DNA of 64,000 nt from Longimicrobiales bacterium. Lineage in GTDB: Bacteria > Gemmatimonadota > Gemmatimonadetes > Longimicrobiales > Gaopeijiaceae. Position 1 is the first letter of the stretch, and every line of letters starts with the position of its first letter. The notes beneath the pieces are model-generated. The model saw only the letters and a program-made list of their open reading frames with translations, searched no databases and was not told the DNA's origin. This document shows, in pieces, positions 60,822 to 64,000 of this stretch. The position numbers were made by a program, and so were the translations under genes. Where the stretch lies: contig OZ242008.1 in assembly GCA_965204735.1 (NCBI GenBank), positions 4,064,001 to 4,128,000 of the forward strand. Direction: 5' to 3'.

Positions 60822-61784
60822 GTGGCAAGGATCGGGAGGATCGGAAGGCTGATCGGTCGAGGGTTGGCCGTCGGGTTCGCGGCAGGGTTCGGGACGCTCG
60901 GGAGCGGGCTGGCGGGAGCTTTGGCGGGGGCGACGACTTCCACGGGGGCGACGGCGTTCCAGCAGGAGATGGCGGACGTCGAGATCGAGACCATTCGGCT
61001 GGAGGACGACCTGTTCATGCTGGTGGGGCGGGGTGGCAACATCGGCCTGTCGGTGGGCAGCGACGGGGCGTTCTTGGTGGACGACCAGTACGCGCCGCTG
61101 ACCGAGAAGATCCTGGCTGCGGTGGCCGCGGTGACCGACCAGCCCGTCCGCTGGGTCTTGAACACGCACTGGCACGGCGACCACACCGGCGGCAACGAGA
61201 ACCTGGGCGAGGCCGGCGCCATGATCGTGGCCCACGAGAACGTCTACCGCCGCATGAACCCGGCCGAGTTCGCCGAGCTGGTCGGGCGTTCGCAGCAGGC
61301 CCCGCGCGCCGCGCTGCCCGTGGTGACCTTCGACGACGGCGTGCGCTTCCACTGGAACGGCCGCCACGTCCGAGTCACGCACGTCGGTCGCGCCCACACC
61401 GACGGCGACGCCATCGTGCACTTCCCTGCCGCCAACGTCTTCCACATGGGCGACACCTTCTTCCTGGGACGCTACCCTTTCGTGGACGTGGACAGCGGCG
61501 GCGGCATCGACGGCGTGATTGCGGCCGCCAACTTCGTGCTGGCGCGCTCCGACGAAGCCACGCGCATCATCCCCGGCCACGGTCCCCTGGCCACGCCCGT
61601 CGACCTGCGCGGCTACCGCGACATGCTGGAGACGGTTCGACTCCGGGTGGCGCGCCTGCTGGCCGACGGCCGCACCGAGGACGAGGTGGTGGCGGCCGCG
61701 CCCACGGCGGACCTGGACGCCCAGTGGGGCGAGAACCCGGAGGGCTTCGTGCGGGCCGTGCATCGGAGCCTGGCGGGAAGGTGA
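60822..61784 (+). CDS. MBL-fold metallo-hydrolase (cyclase-like)
   Basis: NTHWHGDHTGGN, AHTDGD, HMGD, IPGHG. Confidence 0.88.
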   Translation: MARIGRIGRLIGRGLAVGFAAGFGTLGSGLAGALAGATTSTGATAFQQEMADVEIETIRLEDDLFMLVGRGGNIGLSVGSDGAFLVDDQYAPLTEKILAAVAAVTDQPVRWVLNTHWHGDHTGGNENLGEAGAMIVAHENVYRRMNPAEFAELVGRSQQAPRAALPVVTFDDGVRFHWNGRHVRVTHVGRAHTDGDAIVHFPAANVFHMGDTFFLGRYPFVDVDSGGGIDGVIAAANFVLARSDEATRIIPGHGPLATPVDLRGYRDMLETVRLRVARLLADGRTEDEVVAAAPTADLDAQWGENPEGFVRAVHRSLAGR

Positions 61785-61798
61785 GGGAGGCGAACGAC

Positions 61799-61996
61799 AT
61801 GTCGCGAGAGGTTGCTGACACGGAGGTGTCTGTGCCGGAGTCCAAGACAGCGGCTGCACTGGACGGCGTCCCGTTCCCGGACAAGGACTGGCGCGAGCGA
61901 ATCGCACGTGCGAAACAGGCTCGGCAAGAAGGCAGAGAGGCACGCCGAGGCAAGCCGTTGACCTTCCGCACCAAATACAAGATCGAGATCGAGTAG
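61799..61996 (+). CDS. Small hypothetical protein (65 aa)
   Basis: GGAGG RBS; fills the gap between two co-oriented genes. Confidence 0.45.
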   Translation: MSREVADTEVSVPESKTAAALDGVPFPDKDWRERIARAKQARQEGREARRGKPLTFRTKYKIEIE

Positions 61997-61999
61997 GCT

Positions 62000-62704
62000 T
62001 TGCGAGTCAAGGACGTCTTCGACTTCGAGGGCGAATACGGCGAAGGGTACGAGGAGTTGGCCCGGCGGGTCATTCCGGGGTACGAAACGCTGTTTCCCAT
62101 GCTCGCGGCGCTCCTCGACCCCGATCTCCCCGCAGGAGGCCGTGTTCTGGTGGTCGGCGCGGGCACCGGCATCGAGCTCGTCACGCTCAAGTGGGCGCGA
62201 CCGGACCTGGCCCTCCACGGCGTCGATCCGTCTCGACAGATGCTGGACCTGGCCCGCCGCCGCGTCGAGGAGGCCGGAAACGTCAACGGGATCACCTACC
62301 AGCTCGGCTATGCGGAAGACGTGGTCGCGCCGCCACTGTTCGACGCCGCCACGCTTGTCAACGTGCTCCACTTCGTCCCGGACGACGGTGGCAAGGCGTC
62401 GCTGCTCCAGTCGATCGCTGAGCGGGTCAGACCAGGAGGAACCTTCGCCCTCTTCGACCTTCAAGGCGACCCCGATTCCGCCGAGTACGCCCGCAGCATG
62501 CCTGCCTGGCGGCGCTACTGGACGCTCATGGGCATGAACGCCAAGGACAAGCCGCACTTCGACGAAATGATTCGCACCGGCATCCACTTCGCGTCGCCGG
62601 AACGCACAATCGCACTGGCCCTGGAGGCGGGCTTCGACAAGCCGCGCCGCTTCTACAAGAGTCTCCTCTACGGCGGCTGGACGTTCAGGAGGTTGCCGGC
62701 CTAG
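62000..62704 (+). CDS. Class I SAM-dependent methyltransferase (CmoA-like)
   Basis: IPGY, LVVGAGTG, GVDPS, VLHF, RPGG. Confidence 0.8.
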   Translation: MRVKDVFDFEGEYGEGYEELARRVIPGYETLFPMLAALLDPDLPAGGRVLVVGAGTGIELVTLKWARPDLALHGVDPSRQMLDLARRRVEEAGNVNGITYQLGYAEDVVAPPLFDAATLVNVLHFVPDDGGKASLLQSIAERVRPGGTFALFDLQGDPDSAEYARSMPAWRRYWTLMGMNAKDKPHFDEMIRTGIHFASPERTIALALEAGFDKPRRFYKSLLYGGWTFRRLPA

Positions 62705-64000
62705 TTGGCGATCCAGCCCAGCTCTTCCACGACCGTGCGAAACGTCAAGTCCATGTCGCGGTAGGTCTCCGCGATCGCGGCTTCCTTCGCCGCCCTCGGG
62801 AGCGTCGGCGACTGTCGCGTCTCTTCGGCCTGCCGACGCATTGCCGTGGCTCTTGAAGCCACGCGGTTCGTTGCCCGGTCCAGGGCGCACACGGGCGGTC
62901 CTCCGGCAAAGGCGGAAGTGCGCGAGGGGCGAGGACACCGGATGCCGCCGCGTTTCTCGTCGTCGGCCCACTTCGCCAAGCGGTAGAACTCGTCGGGCCA
63001 GCGGGTGCGCCGGGGCCGGGGAGACTGGATGCCGTAGACGCCGATCAGCATCCGCCCGGCACGCGGGAAGGGCAGCGCGCCGTCGTTCCACGCGGCTTCG
63101 TCGAGCGCGGTGGCGATCAGCGTGCCCAAGTGGCCGGTGTAGCCGCGCCAAATCGTCTGCACGTGAAGGGGCGACACGTTGAGCGCCTCTCCGAGGGCGA
63201 CGTAGGGAGCGGCCGTCGAGCGGAACTTCTGCTGTTCCGGGCGCCAGTTCGTCATGTAGCCCGGAACGATCTCGCCGCCGAAGTAGTTGCGGTTGGTGTA
63301 GATGTCGATCAGAGGCGCGACGACTGCCGGCTTCCAGCCCATCCACAAGTTGCCGTGCACGATCTCCCACGCGAAGCGGGACCCGGCGACCGTGCCGATC
63401 CCGCCCATCAGGTCCAGCGCGGCTTCGGGGAGCTTGATGAACGCGGCGCCGATCTGGAACGGCACTGGAAGCCGCACGTCGGTGCCGCCCACGTCGTACA
63501 GCGTGACCCACGCGGCCTTGCTCCATTCGGCTTCTCCCTCGTAGGCGGCGCGGCGCTCCGGGTCCGACGTGTTCCATGCCCAGACGAAGGTGCTGGCGGC
63601 GGCCATGAGCGCCCCGGCGGCAAGGGTCTTGCGCACGTGCTGCCGCTGGTCCGGGCTGCGCTTGCCGCTGGCGGGCCGCCGGGCGATCTGGTACAGCTGG
63701 TCCAGCCCTTGCAGCGCCGCGTTCAGGAAGGGCACGGTGTGCACGTACATGCGCCATGGCCGCGCCGACCCGATGTTGGCGAAGTCGCTCGACACCATCC
63801 GGGCCGCTCGGCTCGCCTCGTAGCCCAGCGCGCCCGCGGCCTTCGCCTTCTGGAACTGGTCCAGCCGCGTTCCCGCCTCCGCGATCCATGCCGGGCGCGT
63901 CGCCCAGTGCACTGCCAGCGACCACCAGCGGCGCGGCGTTGCCCAGCGGTGGGGACCTGCGCGCGCCGGCGCGAAGTCGGTCTCGGCCTCGACGAGTCCC
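62701..64000 (-). CDS. LPD38-like C-terminal region of a large polyvalent protein (5' end beyond window)
   Basis: PFLNAALQG, RLPVPFQIG, NRNYFGGEIVP, SP motifs. Frame open to the window edge. Confidence 0.65.
   Translation of the reverse strand, partial: GLVEAETDFAPARAGPHRWATPRRWWSLAVHWATRPAWIAEAGTRLDQFQKAKAAGALGYEASRAARMVSSDFANIGSARPWRMYVHTVPFLNAALQGLDQLYQIARRPASGKRSPDQRQHVRKTLAAGALMAAASTFVWAWNTSDPERRAAYEGEAEWSKAAWVTLYDVGGTDVRLPVPFQIGAAFIKLPEAALDLMGGIGTVAGSRFAWEIVHGNLWMGWKPAVVAPLIDIYTNRNYFGGEIVPGYMTNWRPEQQKFRSTAAPYVALGEALNVSPLHVQTIWRGYTGHLGTLIATALDEAAWNDGALPFPRAGRMLIGVYGIQSPRPRRTRWPDEFYRLAKWADDEKRGGIRCPRPSRTSAFAGGPPVCALDRATNRVASRATAMRRQAEETRQSPTLPRAAKEAAIAETYRDMDLTFRTVVEELGWIAN

Overview
GC-rich bacterial window. 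The gene repertoire and style suggest a Gram-negative organism, possibly Gemmatimonadota; this is an inference. The left part (1-29.6 kb) holds a duplicated glycosyltransferase/SGNH surface-modification cluster, a Tat-signal HisC-like aminotransferase, an aquaporin, a GldA/GldF-GldG/DUF4340 ABC system with a GMC oxidoreductase, an orphan UvrD, a TonB-dependent receptor, a stand-alone zinc-independent rpsN, and ahcY-rex-dnaQ-like genes. The centre (~29.7-49.9 kb) is a defence-type accessory island. It contains an ABC ATPase with a decayed partner, and a four-gene operon (PP-loop PAPS-reductase-like Cys-rich enzyme, GHKL/MORC-like ATPase, two unknown proteins) whose first gene carries a 20-C homopolymer at its 5' end. 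It also contains a HEPN/ParA-like/P-loop ATPase triad, a DarG C-terminal remnant, an IS21 relic, a Fic protein, a GmrSD-like DUF262-DUF1524 protein, an OLD-like ATPase, and an AlbA_2 regulator cleanly split by an IS1380 (13-bp TIRs, 6-bp TSD). The right part holds secreted hydrolases and dehydrogenases, a probable selenocysteine peroxiredoxin (in-frame TGA plus hairpin), TlpA/CcdA, and the C-terminal end of an LPD38-like large polyvalent protein. The best candidate for an undescribed system is the possibly phase-variable PAPS-reductase/GHKL operon at 31.6-36.65 kb. All family calls come from reading motifs by eye, not from database searches.
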